Of a DNA stretch of 64,000 nucleotides, positions 1 through 18,922 are shown piece after piece (within the stretch, counting starts at the first letter, position 1; each line of letters starts with the position of its first letter). This DNA is from Zygnema circumcarinatum SAG 698-1b (lineage: Eukaryota > Plantae > Zygnematophyceae), in the NCBI GenBank assembly GCA_037447605.1, contig CM074823.1, positions 1,524,794-1,588,793 on the forward strand, read 5' to 3'. A program made the position numbers and the translations under genes. The notes beneath the pieces are model-generated. The model saw only the letters and a list, made by a program, of their open reading frames with translations. It was not told the DNA's origin and did not search any database.

Positions 1-3496
<3,496 letters not shown>

Positions 3497-4042
3497 TAGG
3501 AATTGGAAGTATAGAGCATGAAAACTTGGAAGCAACAACAGCCATGCCACACACAGTTCACAAGGCCTAGAGCCCCCACTTGATCGAGAAATTGGGTCCA
3601 GCAATTGATGGCGCGCAATTTGCATGTCTACGATTGGTGGCGGAGGGCCTTCATTGTACTTTAGAGGGGAGGGGGGGGGGGGGGTGCTATTGGGGTTCAG
3701 GACGTTAGGGGGTTTGGGAAATTCAATGTTTGTGGAAGGAAAATGTGGAGTTGTAATGTAAATTTGATTCGTACTTTTGAAAAGAGGTTTCCATCCCATC
3801 CTCTGCAGTCCTCGCATGGCATGAGTCACGAATCACGATGGAGCAGCATCATGCCATGGGATGGTGCATGCTTATGTGAGATATATCGGGATATGCCTAC
3901 GATGCATGGGATAATATCGGTTTCGTCTACGATATATCGGGGTAATGCTTCCGATATGTGAGATATATCGGGTTTCCGCATGTTCGATCACCGATACGCA
4001 ATAATATCGGAAATGGGTCCTGGTGACCCAGGTTCCAATTCC

Positions 4043-4181
4043 CACGTGTGAAATAGGGTGACGTGGCAGGCTGAGATTGGTGGTGCTTACCCCGAGAACG
4101 GTCGCCTGCCCGAGCCTCGAGTCATGACCCTGACGTGGAGGGTACTCGTGATGACTTCACCATAAAACCTGCAAACCCTAA
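4043..4181 (+). promoter_or_regulatory. Putative proximal promoter motifs of the SR gene (G-box/ACGT elements and telo-box)
   Basis: CACGTG at 4043, TGACGTGG at 4059 and 4131, and telo-box AAACCCTAA at 4173-4181, about 400 bp upstream of the ATG at 4563. Motif match only. Confidence 0.35.
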
Positions 4182-4562
4182 TAGTTCCAGTGCTTCCGCC
4201 GTCAAACGGACTCGCCGACTCCAGCTGTCGCCCGCCGCCCCTCTGCCAGAGAGAGGGGAGAGAGAGAGAGAGAGAGTGTGAGAGGGAGAGGGGGAGGGAG
4301 CGAGTGAGGGAGAGAGGGGGAGGGAGCGAGTGAGGTAGAGAGGGGGAGGGAGCGAGTGAGGTAGAGAGGGGGAGGGAGCGAGTGAGGGAAAGAAAGGGAT
4401 AGACAGAGAGAGAGAGGGAGGAGAGAGAGAGAGGGACTCTCTTCCACCCGCAAGCGCTCTCATCGCCAGCGCGCAAATCGCATCAGGAAGTCACAACATC
4501 CTCTTCAGCAGCAGTCTGAACAGCAGCGACATCACCTGGAACATCAGTAACATCACCTCGTT

Positions 4563-8744
<4,182 letters not shown>

Positions 8745-11700
8745 GCAGCTCTCGCTCTCTCTCCCTCTCTCTCTCCCTCCCATACTGTGATGCACAGCTG
8801 AGGAAGTTGCAGGGAGCACTCAGCAGGGGAGGCTGAGCTGCATGCATGCTGAGATGCGGAGAAATATCTCTCCTTTTCGTTGCGTTAATTACTTGCAACA
8901 AGGCTGAAATCATACCAGAATACAGTCCACTGTTTTTGGGGTGTAGGCAGGGACATATATCTTTTTTTCCAGTTTTTAGGGTTTTTTCATATCGGAAAAG
9001 TTCTGCATTCTGCTCTCAATCATGGGGGTGAATGCTAGGGTTCAGCAGTGCAGATTACGGACCTCTAATCTGCTGCTTCTTCTTCATCACTGCTTGACGC
9101 TTTGTGAGTCCCCATCAACAAGAAGAGAAGGAGACAAGGAAGAGAGAGAGAGGTGGAGAATTGTTGTCTGCTACTTTTTCTTCAACCGGACCATTCTTGG
9201 ACCCTCTCCCTCGCTCTCCCTTCCACTTCGGTTAAGAGGGTGTGGAGGTCTTCACCTGAGTATGGGCTGCTGCTGAATCTGCCTCCCACACGGATAAGTC
9301 TGCCAGACCTTATCCTTAGCTTGTTATTGGAGACCCAACTCAGTTCACTTTTAACTGTCTTGTTTTCGTGAGATGACATCACATCACTATGCCTGATTTT
9401 CGAATTCGTGCGTGCTATTTATTTATTTATTTTTCTTGAGTCTCTTCATACACATTGAGGCAGTACTCTCATTTAGGAACCATGCAATCATCTGCAAGCA
9501 AGCTTTATCTTCTTTCCTCTGTTATAAAGGAGGAGAGGATCAAAGCATGCTGAGGACTCCCGTTCCTGTCTCTTTATTTCACTCTCTCTCCCTGTCCCTC
9601 TTTCGTTCTCTCAGTTCCTTTACATGTGCAAGCCTTCACTGTGCTTGCTGTGTTATCACTGTTTTGCTATCGGTAAAGTGTGGACTGAGACTGCTGATCT
9701 GGCTCAGCCGTTCCTCTCTCCATCCCCCTTCCTCCCCCTCCATCCTCCCCTCCTTCCTCTCTCTCGCCCCACCATCCTCCCTCCCTCTCCCCTCTTTCTT
9801 CTACCTCTCCTCCTCCCTCGTCCCCCTCCCTCTCTCCCTCCTTTCCTCTCTCTCCTCCCAGCATGTAGGAAGACTTACGCTGGGGCCTCGCCCTCTGTGT
9901 GTGTGATCCATGGCTGTGGGGTCGGACGGCTCGGCACGGCACTGCACTGCTCTGCTCTGCTCTGCTCTTCTCTGCCGTCCCGAAATGTACTTCCCCTCCA
10001 AACCATAATTTTTCCTCTTTAAAGGACATGCCCAACAACAACTATAGAACTCTAACCCCTAATGCTAACCCTATTTGGTCCGTAGGAGTCGTGGCTGTGG
10101 TTGTGGGGATCGTGGTGCCAGCAGAATATAGAGAGAGGAGGGTGGGGGGTAATGCGAACAGTGGGATGGAGGGCGGAGGGAATAAGGGCAGGAGAAGTGA
10201 ATGGGGATGGAAGAGGGGCAAAGAGGGGAGGGAGTGGGGAAGCGGGAGCAAAACAGTAGGCCGGGGTTGTCGGGAGAGAGGGAGCGGGAGCTAGTGAGGG
10301 GGTGAGGAAGGGAGCGAGGGAGGGAGAGAGGGAGGGAGGGAGGGAGGGCAGCTCAGCTCTGCTTCGTGACTGAGGAGCCTTCACCTTCTCAAGTCGTTGG
10401 GATTGTGAATGAAACTCACGGGCTCCAATGTTATTGAGGTATTGAGATTGGGAGGAATTCTTGGTTTTGGTTTGCGGTTTGCGGTTTGCGGTTTGTGGTT
10501 TGTAGTTTTGGGTGCTTGCGAGCTTTTAGGGCTCATGTATCATCAGTATCATCTCCCATTTAGTTCCGCGACATACGTAGTACTCTCCATTGTCTGTTAA
10601 TGGGTTTTAAGGTGTCTATGATTTCTGTTAGTGTTAGGGTTATTTTGGTTTTGAGGGGTTTTTCTAGGATGTGGCCAGCACCCCAAAAAAAAATTCAAGG
10701 TTTACAAAAATAATTGGAAACTTGTCGATGAAGCTTTCGGAGAGTTTGTCAAAAACAAAATAGTACCCAAAAATTAGTCGAAAGAGGAAGAATCTTCCGA
10801 ATTTGATAATTTCAACCTCCACAGTATGCCAGCGTATCAACTGAAAAGTCTAATTGTCCATTGCCGTAAGTCACATTTCCGTCCTACGGGGCGGGGTTTC
10901 ACGTACTTGTCTAGTTCCGTGAAGACACCCTTTTGCACTCATCTGAGATGCAATCGTACAACTTTTTTGCCGGCAAGGGCCTGAAATTGTGGGTCCAATT
11001 GTTGGATCGGGGCCGATCTCCAATGCCTGGCGCTGGAAACGTTTTTCCAGTACGATTACAATTACGGGGAATAAGCTTTTTGTTCGTGGTTTCGTCACAT
11101 GATCCCCTCCTGGCTGTCGACCGTGTGGCTTGGTCGATTTCTTTATTAACACGAATCTCGAGCATCCTCCCGTTATTAATTGGAGATTTTTAGGGTTTCA
11201 CTCTTGATATGTCCCTGAGATCGACGACCCATTTTTTGATGGCGGCGGAGTTACGGAATGTGGAGGATGTACTTCCAGTAGGAGAAGGAAGCTGCCGAGA
11301 CACGACAATACTGCCGCCCAGCGCCACTGGATGTACGGACAACCGTACAGGTCCCGACCGGCCTTTCGAACCCAATTCAACTCGACAGCACCGGTTGCCC
11401 AATTTTGTCGTTTGTTTGAAGAATCGAATATCTTCATATCGCCAGCATATCGGCTTTGACCGACAAAATTGGCCGGCACCGCGGCTTCCACCGGTAGCGC
11501 GATGACCGCACTTTCGCCGGCCTCTGGAACTGCTGCGGATGCCGTACACAAGCGAGTTTGCCGGCGCCGGCACGTTCCGTCGGTCTGGAACGATACATCG
11601 ACGATATCGCGATATTCTTTCTATTCCAAGCGACAATAATACCCGCCCGCATCGCACAAGCCGTACCCGTACGAATCGTCCCCCTCTCCGCACTTGTGTG

Positions 11701-12479
11701 TGACCCGTGGCGTGACGAACTGGCGACCTGGTCCGGCCAACCGAAACCGTTACCTCGCGTCCAAAATAGGTCTAATGACCTATGACCGACGACTAATGAC
11801 CAACCATCGGTGGCCCGCGGCCTGACTTATGACCAATGCGTGACCTGTAGTCACCTTCCTCGGCTCACTTCCGCGTCTTCTCCCGCTTTTTGGAGTCATT
11901 TTAGGGATAACCTGTTCAGCAAAAAATGAAAACAAACAACTTGCAAACATGAATGACGCCAAAGTACAACATGCGATTTTATTTCCTTTTTCTTCATGTT
12001 GTCCACTTCCTCCCCACCCATCTCCTCTCTACCTCACTCTCCGCCTTCCTTGTAGACCCACCCACCCACCCACCCACCCACCCACCCACCCACCCACCCA
12101 CCTCCCTCCCTCACTCCAGCCATCCCTCCCTCCCTGTCTCCCTGTCATGCTAAGCCATGCCATGCCTTCGAGCGTCAGGCCTACGTTATTTCACAGCTAG
12201 AACCTACCCCCGGTCCCCATTCTGATCAACCTCGAGTTGATTTTGAAGTTGTTGCACATCCAACATGTGATCGCAATTCAGAGTTTAAGGCACGTCCGGT
12301 CTGTTCGCCGCATTCTGGGCATTCGTAGCATTGCCTTTCATGAACGTTGCCGGAACACCCATCGCAGTTTCTAGCGCCAGTGCGCCTGAAATGCAAAATC
12401 ATTCCTTAGTCAGATTCTGAAAAGACAGTCGAAACTAAAAGGAAGTTAACAAGAAGAACAGCATTCAAGGCATGGAGAT

Positions 12480-14689
12480 TCAAAGACCTCCCTCCGAGGG
12501 CCTTACTATCCCTGTCCTTTTCAGTCGCTGACCCTCTATTGGGTAACTTTAACTCACCCAATCACTCACACACCCTCCTCTCCCCACCCCCCATTCGCCC
12601 TCTTCCTCCCATCCCTCCCACACCTTCCTCTCTCTCTCTAACCCTGCCCCTCCCTCTTCACCTCCCTCTACTCGCCCTCGTCCATTCTCATCGCCTCTCG
12701 CCTTCTCTCTCTCGCCTCTTCCACTCCTATCAATGGGGCCTTACAAAAGTACAGAATCTACGTACGTGCTTTTCTTCGGCGATAAAAAATGCAAAAAATG
12801 ATGACCGAGACGAGGCCGAGGAAGAGCAGCACGCCGCCAACCACCACTATGACAATCACTACAATAGAAATTCCACCTTTGTTTGCATCTGCGCAATAGC
12901 AGGAGGCCAAGCATACGAACCATTAGCAGAATTCCGAATTTGGGTGTGCTTCAGAGAAGAAAAAAAAAGGGGCTTCTGGAAGGTCCTGGAAATGCGTAGG
13001 ATTCGTGTCCTTTTATTCGTAAGAAAATAACAGGTGGCTATAGAAGCTGCAGCCAACGAGCGGAAGATTGAAATCCCAAGGAAGGACTCGTGGTGGATGA
13101 AGGGAGCGAAAGCGAGAGACGGGGAGAGATAGAGAGAGGCGGACGCGGAAAAAACGAGATAGAGAGAGGAGATACAATAGAGAGGAGAGTGAGGTGAGTA
13201 AGGGGAAGTAGTCAACGAAAGAGAGAAAGATGAATAGCCAAGGAAATTCAAAATTTTTGAAGGCAAGGTTCGTTAATATACCCTCTTTAATGCTTACAAA
13301 AAATTATTAATGCTTATTGCTTATCACTGGATCAAGGAACACTTTGAAATTCGAATGAAACACCGCAGATATACTTCACTTTGCTATCAAGGAAACAGAA
13401 AAATTTATGGAGCATGTGAAGAGAAAAATATCATACCTTCCCTTTGAAGGGCGCATGCTTTCGTTTCCATGTCGACTAAGGGATCTACAAGGAATTTCTG
13501 GCGATCATTTCCGTAAATGTTCCAGGAATCTGCATGCGCGGCAATGACGAGATCGGTTCAGAGATCATCTTGCAAAACGCGAATGGATTGAGGACCTGCT
13601 GCGGAATCTTGAAAGAAGTCGATCAGAGCTTCTGGCAGAGGAAGTAAAAATGTAGTGACCGAGATCAATGAAGCTTATTCAAAAAAAAAAAGAGGAAAAA
13701 AAATAGAAGAAAAGGGTTAAAGAATATTTAAAGTACAAGGAGAAATATGTACCGTGTGACAAGGTAGAGTTATTAGCCGAGCAAGCCTGGCCGATTCCGA
13801 CGAATAGACCAGTTCTGGAAATAACCCATCCATTCTTATTTTGTCCATTCCAAATATATCTGGGGTTCGCGGCCACCGACGCTAAACCCCTCGACATTTG
13901 GTAAGTGATGACGTCACCGAGTCGATCATTCGGCGGGCTTCGAGAGCTTGGCCAGCAATCATCATAGCAATCTGACGTGTCATGTATCCAGATCGCTCCC
14001 CTTCCAGTAATTTCTCCGCACCCGCACGGACTCGAGACCTGCATAGAGAGAGCAAAGAAGTTGGAAAGAGGGCGGAGGGGGACAGGCACGGAAATTGAAA
14101 GTCAGAAATGCACTAATGAACTGAAAACTGGAGAGAGTATAGGAAGCGATTCTCAAATGTGCGGAAAGAGATAGAGGTGCGGGAAGAATGTGCTCACATT
14201 GACTTCCTCATTGCTCGTTAGGAACACCGTTACATCGTTATCGCCCTCCGGCACTGAGTATAAAAGACGCAACGTTTCAATGTAAACTGAACCAACAAGG
14301 ATGGGTACACTATAGTTTAGTTCTATGATGCTCGGTATGGCATATGAGTTCGTTTGGCCAAATGTGACCTTGGTAGACGCTCTAGTTCTATTCGAGTCTT
14401 TGTACGTGCCCATAATGTTCCACCACTTCCGTACAGAGGGCTCTAAGGATTGGTCTGCCTTGTCTGAGTCAAGAGAAGTCAAGAAAGCCATGACGGTCTC
14501 CTGAGCCGTTGATTTGCTTGACCAGTCTCCGATGAACGCCACGTGTACGTTCATTCCCTTCGTAAGTATTTCTCCCCCTTCGTAACTCAGATTGCTGTAC
14601 GGGTCGCTGGAGAGAAGCTGGGCTGAAAGAAGGAGAGGAGAGAGGGAGAGAGAGAGGAGGAGGAGGACGAGCGGGAGGTGGACAGCCAT
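12480..14689 (-). CDS. EXORDIUM/PHI-1-like protein with signal peptide, C-terminal transmembrane helix and short cytoplasmic tail
   Basis: Minus-strand exons 14689-14198, 14038-13753, 13529-13437, 12888-12766 and 12535-12480 (GT-AG, phases 0,1,1,1). MAVHLPLVLLLL.. is a signal peptide. LSYEGGEILTKGMNVHVAFIGDW..FLTSL..PSVRKWW, SPPND..LASVAANP and SWNIYGNDRQKFLVDPL..C match the PHI-1/EXO pattern. These are followed by ISIVVIVIVVVGGVLLFLGLVSVIIFCIFY-RRRKA. The last exon is the least certain. Confidence 0.8.
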
Positions 14690-15027
14690 GACAGGAGAGA
14701 GAACCGTGGGGAGGGCAGAGGGAAGGAGAGAGAGGCGAGGGGGAGAGACGGAGCGTAAGTTGTCAGGAGAGGGAAAGGGAACACACAGATAATGGGATGT
14801 GGCTAGGAGAGGAACAATGGGAGGAAAATAGAGACCAAGAGGGGGAGGACGAGCGGTAGAGAATAGACGAAGAGAGACGTTGGACGACGGAGCTAAATGG
14901 GCTAATAATGGATTGGATGAGAGAGGAAGGATAAAGGACAGAGCGAGGGAAGGAGGAGAGTGGCTTGGAGGGCGGAGCAGATATCGGCAGCGAGAGAGGG
15001 CACGCAGGAACCACGATATATATATAT

Positions 15028-15308
<281 letters not shown>

Positions 15309-15513
15309 GAGGAAGAAAGAGGGGGAGGGTGAGAGCGCTTAGGAAGAGAGAGGGAGAGCAGAGAGAGAGAGGGAGAGGTCGAGAGAGAGTGCAGAGGGAG
15401 AGGGAGCACAAGGGAGAGAGAGGGAGGCCCCCGTAGAGCCGAGGGGAGCAGCGGCGCGATTTAAAGTTACGAGATCCGACACGGAGACATCGCTTTGTCT
15501 TTGTTTTTTTTTA

Positions 15514-16401
15514 GGGTAGTGATATTTCCACCCCTTACAGTCTTTCTTCACGCTTCGGCAGATTTCAAATATCGTGTCGAGAAAATGCTATATCACCTTT
15601 TGGAATCGATACCCACCTTCTTCCGTCGGCTGATTTTATTTTTGCTAACCAAGGAAAATGATACCCCGTCACCGCATTTTGAATACTGTATCCCGCCTCC
15701 TGAATTTTTTCGAGGGAAAGAAATATCTGCCTGCCCGAATCCGCTCGTAGCGGAAGATCCGTCCGCCACGAGATCGTTCGCGGGTGTCCGTCCTTCACAC
15801 GTGTGTGTCAATCGCAGCTGTCGATTCCCTCGCAGATCACACCACTGCAGATCACCGTTCGATCTGCAGCCGGGCTCGATCTTAGCGATTGGAAAGCGCC
15901 CACGAGTCCCGTCAAAGCCAAATCGCACGTGCGAGAGCGCTTGTCTCTCTGCCCGAGATCTCGTCATTTGTTTGCTCCCAGCCAATCATCATTTGCCACG
16001 TGTTACATTTTTGACGTGGAAAATTTTGATTGGTCTAAGATCTGAATATACGAAATTTTGGGTTCCTTGTGAGGAATTGGCGGGATACGTGGGCACGTGC
16101 CATGCGCTGAGACCGAGCCCGGCTGCCGATCAAATAGTGATCTGCCGTGTTTCGATCTGCGAGGGAATCGACGGCTGCGATTGACCGCACGCGTGAAAAA
16201 AAATTCAGGTAGGCGGGATATTCAAATGGGGTGACGGGTTATCATTTTCCTTGTTTCGCAGAAATAAAATCTGCCGATGGAGGGTGGTATCGATTCCAAA
16301 AAGGTGTGCAAAAAGCATTTTCTGTTTTTGATCCCTTTTGAAATCTGCCCGGCCGGGAAGGGGTGTTTGGATGCAAAAAAGGGGTGGAAATATCACTACC
16401 C
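15514..16401. mobile_element. Non-autonomous foldback/MITE with long terminal inverted repeats (Mutator-like)
   Basis: Ends GGGTAGTGATATTTCCACCCC...GGGGTGGAAATATCACTACCC. Internal inverted blocks also pair (TCAATCGCAGCTGTCGATTCCCTCGCAGATC vs GATCTGCGAGGGAATCGACGGCTGCGATTGA). An 8-bp TTTTTTTA flanks both ends (low-complexity TSD). Confidence 0.8.
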
Positions 16402-16809
16402 TTTTTTTATTTAAATTTTTCTTCTGACCCGAATGAAGCTTCCCAAGGACGCTTGTGTTCCGTACTGCGATTTGTACAGATGCCCTTCGAATACTCGCCG
16501 ATTGGCGAATAGTCGGATTCCGTCGATCGACGGTCAAGGGAAAAGATTTCCAAAGTCAAACCTGACACTTGTCGGTGCGTTGAGGTGACGCAACCCGCTA
16601 CACCGACACATCTGGATATACTGACAACCTATTTCGATATATAGGCGATATATTTCGATATATTGATTATGGATGGGGATATACAACCTATGCCCGTCGC
16701 TCCGCAGGGCTGGTTCAAGGGTTGGTTTCTTGCTGGCTTGAGGATGTCAATGGGCCTCCCCTTGTCTGAGACTTGCGTTTGTTTTTTGGGGGAGCAATTC
16801 GACTTGATA

Positions 16810-16994
16810 AGGGGGAGTCAGACCTTGACCATCGCTTACGGAATTCCCGAATTCCTTATACTAGAAGTCACTTCTTTCATGTACGAATTCCGGGTCGGGA
16901 TCCGCGGCTCCGCCTGCCCCAGCCATACCGAAATGCGTACCTAGCTAAAGGCTTACGAAATTGATTTGGCGATGGTGAAGGTCAGACTCCCCCT
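16810..16994. mobile_element. PIF/Harbinger-type MITE, copy 1 (185 bp)
   Basis: TIR AGGGGGAGTCAGACCTTGACCATCGC / GCGATGGTGAAGGTCAGACTCCCCCT with 3-bp TSD ATA. Confidence 0.82.
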
Positions 16995-16999
16995 ATAAG

Positions 17000-17746
17000 A
17001 GACTTAATTTTAAGGTCCACTTCATAAAAGGCTTGCGCATCCCGTCACGTGCATGCCAGCCACCATCGACATCACAATGAGGCCAAACATCCGATCTGCC
17101 ACGTAGGCAAAACTGCGAGATTAACTGAGTCCTACATTAGCAGTTATGTTCTCAAAAACTGAACTGCAAGGGACATGGAACACGTCACTACTCGACGCCT
17201 TCCCATTCGCCACTGTCCTCCAGATGAGACGTTGCTGACTCCGCGCCTCATGCTAATTCGTCGCGCCGACATCTCAGCAACAACCAACGTCCGTACTGTA
17301 CCTCCAAAGTACTGTACATACAGTACAGTACTGTACCGAATCATGCATCATGTCACGCACGGAGATCGCGCCGCGATTCGCGTGCTGTCGCGACCAATCA
17401 TGTTGCTTCACGCAAATCCGCCTCTCGCGTCCAAATCACCGAGTCCGTACATTTCCGCTTCATCTGTACTGTGGCGCGCCGTCCATTCGACCGCGCTCCA
17501 TCCAATCAGGCGCATCCCGCGCGCCCCCTGTGGTACAGTCTAAGCCGAAGCCGTAAACCTACGACCCTAGACTTGCCTTAGACCTTGCCGTACCATGCCC
17601 TAACAAAATGGGCAGCCCCCATGTTCGGTCCTATACCAAACATGACCATTCATGCATGACATTGTCCCAACACAACATTGTTCTCCTAGACAACACTCAT
17701 GCGAGAAACTAAGTACCAACAAACTTGATGTACCTATACATCAACA
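17000..17746 (-). mobile_element. Old LTR remnant related to the Copia LTR family at 27601/37069/43817
   Basis: Shares GCCTTCC(C/G)ATTCGCCACTGTCCTCCA.ATGAGAC.TTGCTGACTCCG and CGTAAACCTACGAC with those LTRs, and ends ..AGTACCAACAAAC..CATCAACA like their terminus. The left boundary is unclear. Confidence 0.5.
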
Positions 17747-17799
17747 AAAATCATGATGTGGAACCACGAGGGACTGGTCGCAAAGGACCTAAACACAAT

Positions 17800-18582
17800 A
17801 GGGGGAGTCAGACCTTGACCATCGCCAAATCAATTTCGTAAGCCTGTCGGGCGAATTAAGCATTGGCTAGGTACGCGTTTCGGTAAAGCTGTGTACGGAA
17901 GAGCCGCGGATCCCGACGCGGAATTCGTACACGAAAGAAGTGACTTCTAGTACAGTAGGGGGTCCTCATATTTTCCACCCTGGTTCCGGCCAATATGAGG
18001 CGAAAATATTAATTTTGCATATATAAGGTTCGTGTTACGAATAGACGGGCAGTATTAGGTTAGAGTTCATGTTGGATCGTACGTATCGTACCGTATGATA
18101 TCGTACCGTATCGTACTGATTCGTTTAGTATCGTATCGTATCGTGCCATATCGTGACGCATAGACGTAATTTTCCGCTTTCTGTTGTTCGTCTCAGCTCG
18201 TACGGCTCGTACGGACAATACCCTATCGGGGCGATTCGTATCGTATCGCCTAGTATCGTGTCGCCTCGTATCGTATAGTATCGTACCGATCGTATTGTGT
18301 CATATCGTATCGTATCGAAGCCAGGAAGAAGGGGAGAAGAGCGAGCGCCTCTTACGGCGGCACGAGCGGGGAGATTAGGTGAGTTTTGCGTAAGCCCGTA
18401 ACGGCTAGTACAGATAGTACGGACAGTACGGCTAACACAAGTTACCGTACAAAAAGGTGGTTTCGGCAAAATCGGGGCGAAAATATTGAGGACGCACTCC
18501 ATAGGGTGGTAAATACGAGGACCCCCCACTGTAGAAGGAATTCGGGAATTTCGTAAGCGATGGTCAAGGTCTGACTCCCCCT
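17800..18582. mobile_element. PIF/Harbinger-type MITE, copy 2 (inverted relative to copy 1, interrupted by a Tc1/mariner MITE)
   Basis: Same TIRs as 16810-16994, with 3-bp TSD AAT. After removing 17953-18531 and one TA, the body aligns to the reverse complement of copy 1. Confidence 0.82.
17953..18531. mobile_element. Tc1/mariner-type MITE with internal (TATCG)n tract
   Basis: TIR CAGTAGGGGGTCCTC / GAGGACCCCCCACTG with TA on both sides. The empty site in copy 1 has a single TA. A TATCG-rich array lies at about 18080-18320. Confidence 0.8.
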
Positions 18583-18696
18583 AATAGAACAAAGCTAAGA
18601 GCGGAAAACTACGCCTAGGCACAACAACGCAGCCCCTAGAAGCAGCCGCGAAGGTCACCGATGTGAGGCACGTCGCGAGGAGGGAGCGGCGGAAGT

Positions 18697-18742
18697 CCAC
18701 CGACACGGCCACCGACACGGCCACCGACATGGCCACCGACAA
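18697..18742. repeat. 12-bp tandem repeat CCACCGACA(C/T)GG, about 3.7 copies
   Basis: Seen directly; each unit contains ACCGAC. Confidence 0.85.
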
Positions 18743-18922
18743 CCGCAGCACGCCGAAGAAGCGTATAAGCGAGGCGACGTTGAAGGGCGACGGAAATGCG
18801 CTGTCGATACATGCGTATTCAGGATCGAAAAAAAGAAAGAAAAACTCTCATCAGTTCGAGACCCAAACGAGTAACATACTGTACAGTACTCTGGGGGATC
18901 GCGATCTGCTTGCAAAAGAGTT

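Noticed and set aside
4020-4046. tRNA T-loop/B-box-like GACCCAGGTTCCAATTCCC
   Set aside because: No A box, D arm or acceptor stem could be found, so no tRNA or SINE is called.
9035-9095. Minus-strand GTGATGA...CTGA as a C/D snoRNA
   Set aside because: Only about 50 nt long with no terminal stem or recognisable guide.
11558-11785. YIDDIAIF as a reverse transcriptase active site
   Set aside because: No upstream PFGL/PQG-type or downstream LG motifs were found; insufficient on its own.
10400-12480. A kinase domain downstream of the EXORDIUM TM exon (receptor kinase)
   Set aside because: No GxGxxG, VAIK, HRD or DFG motifs were seen in minus-strand frames, and the next plausible exon ends in a stop.
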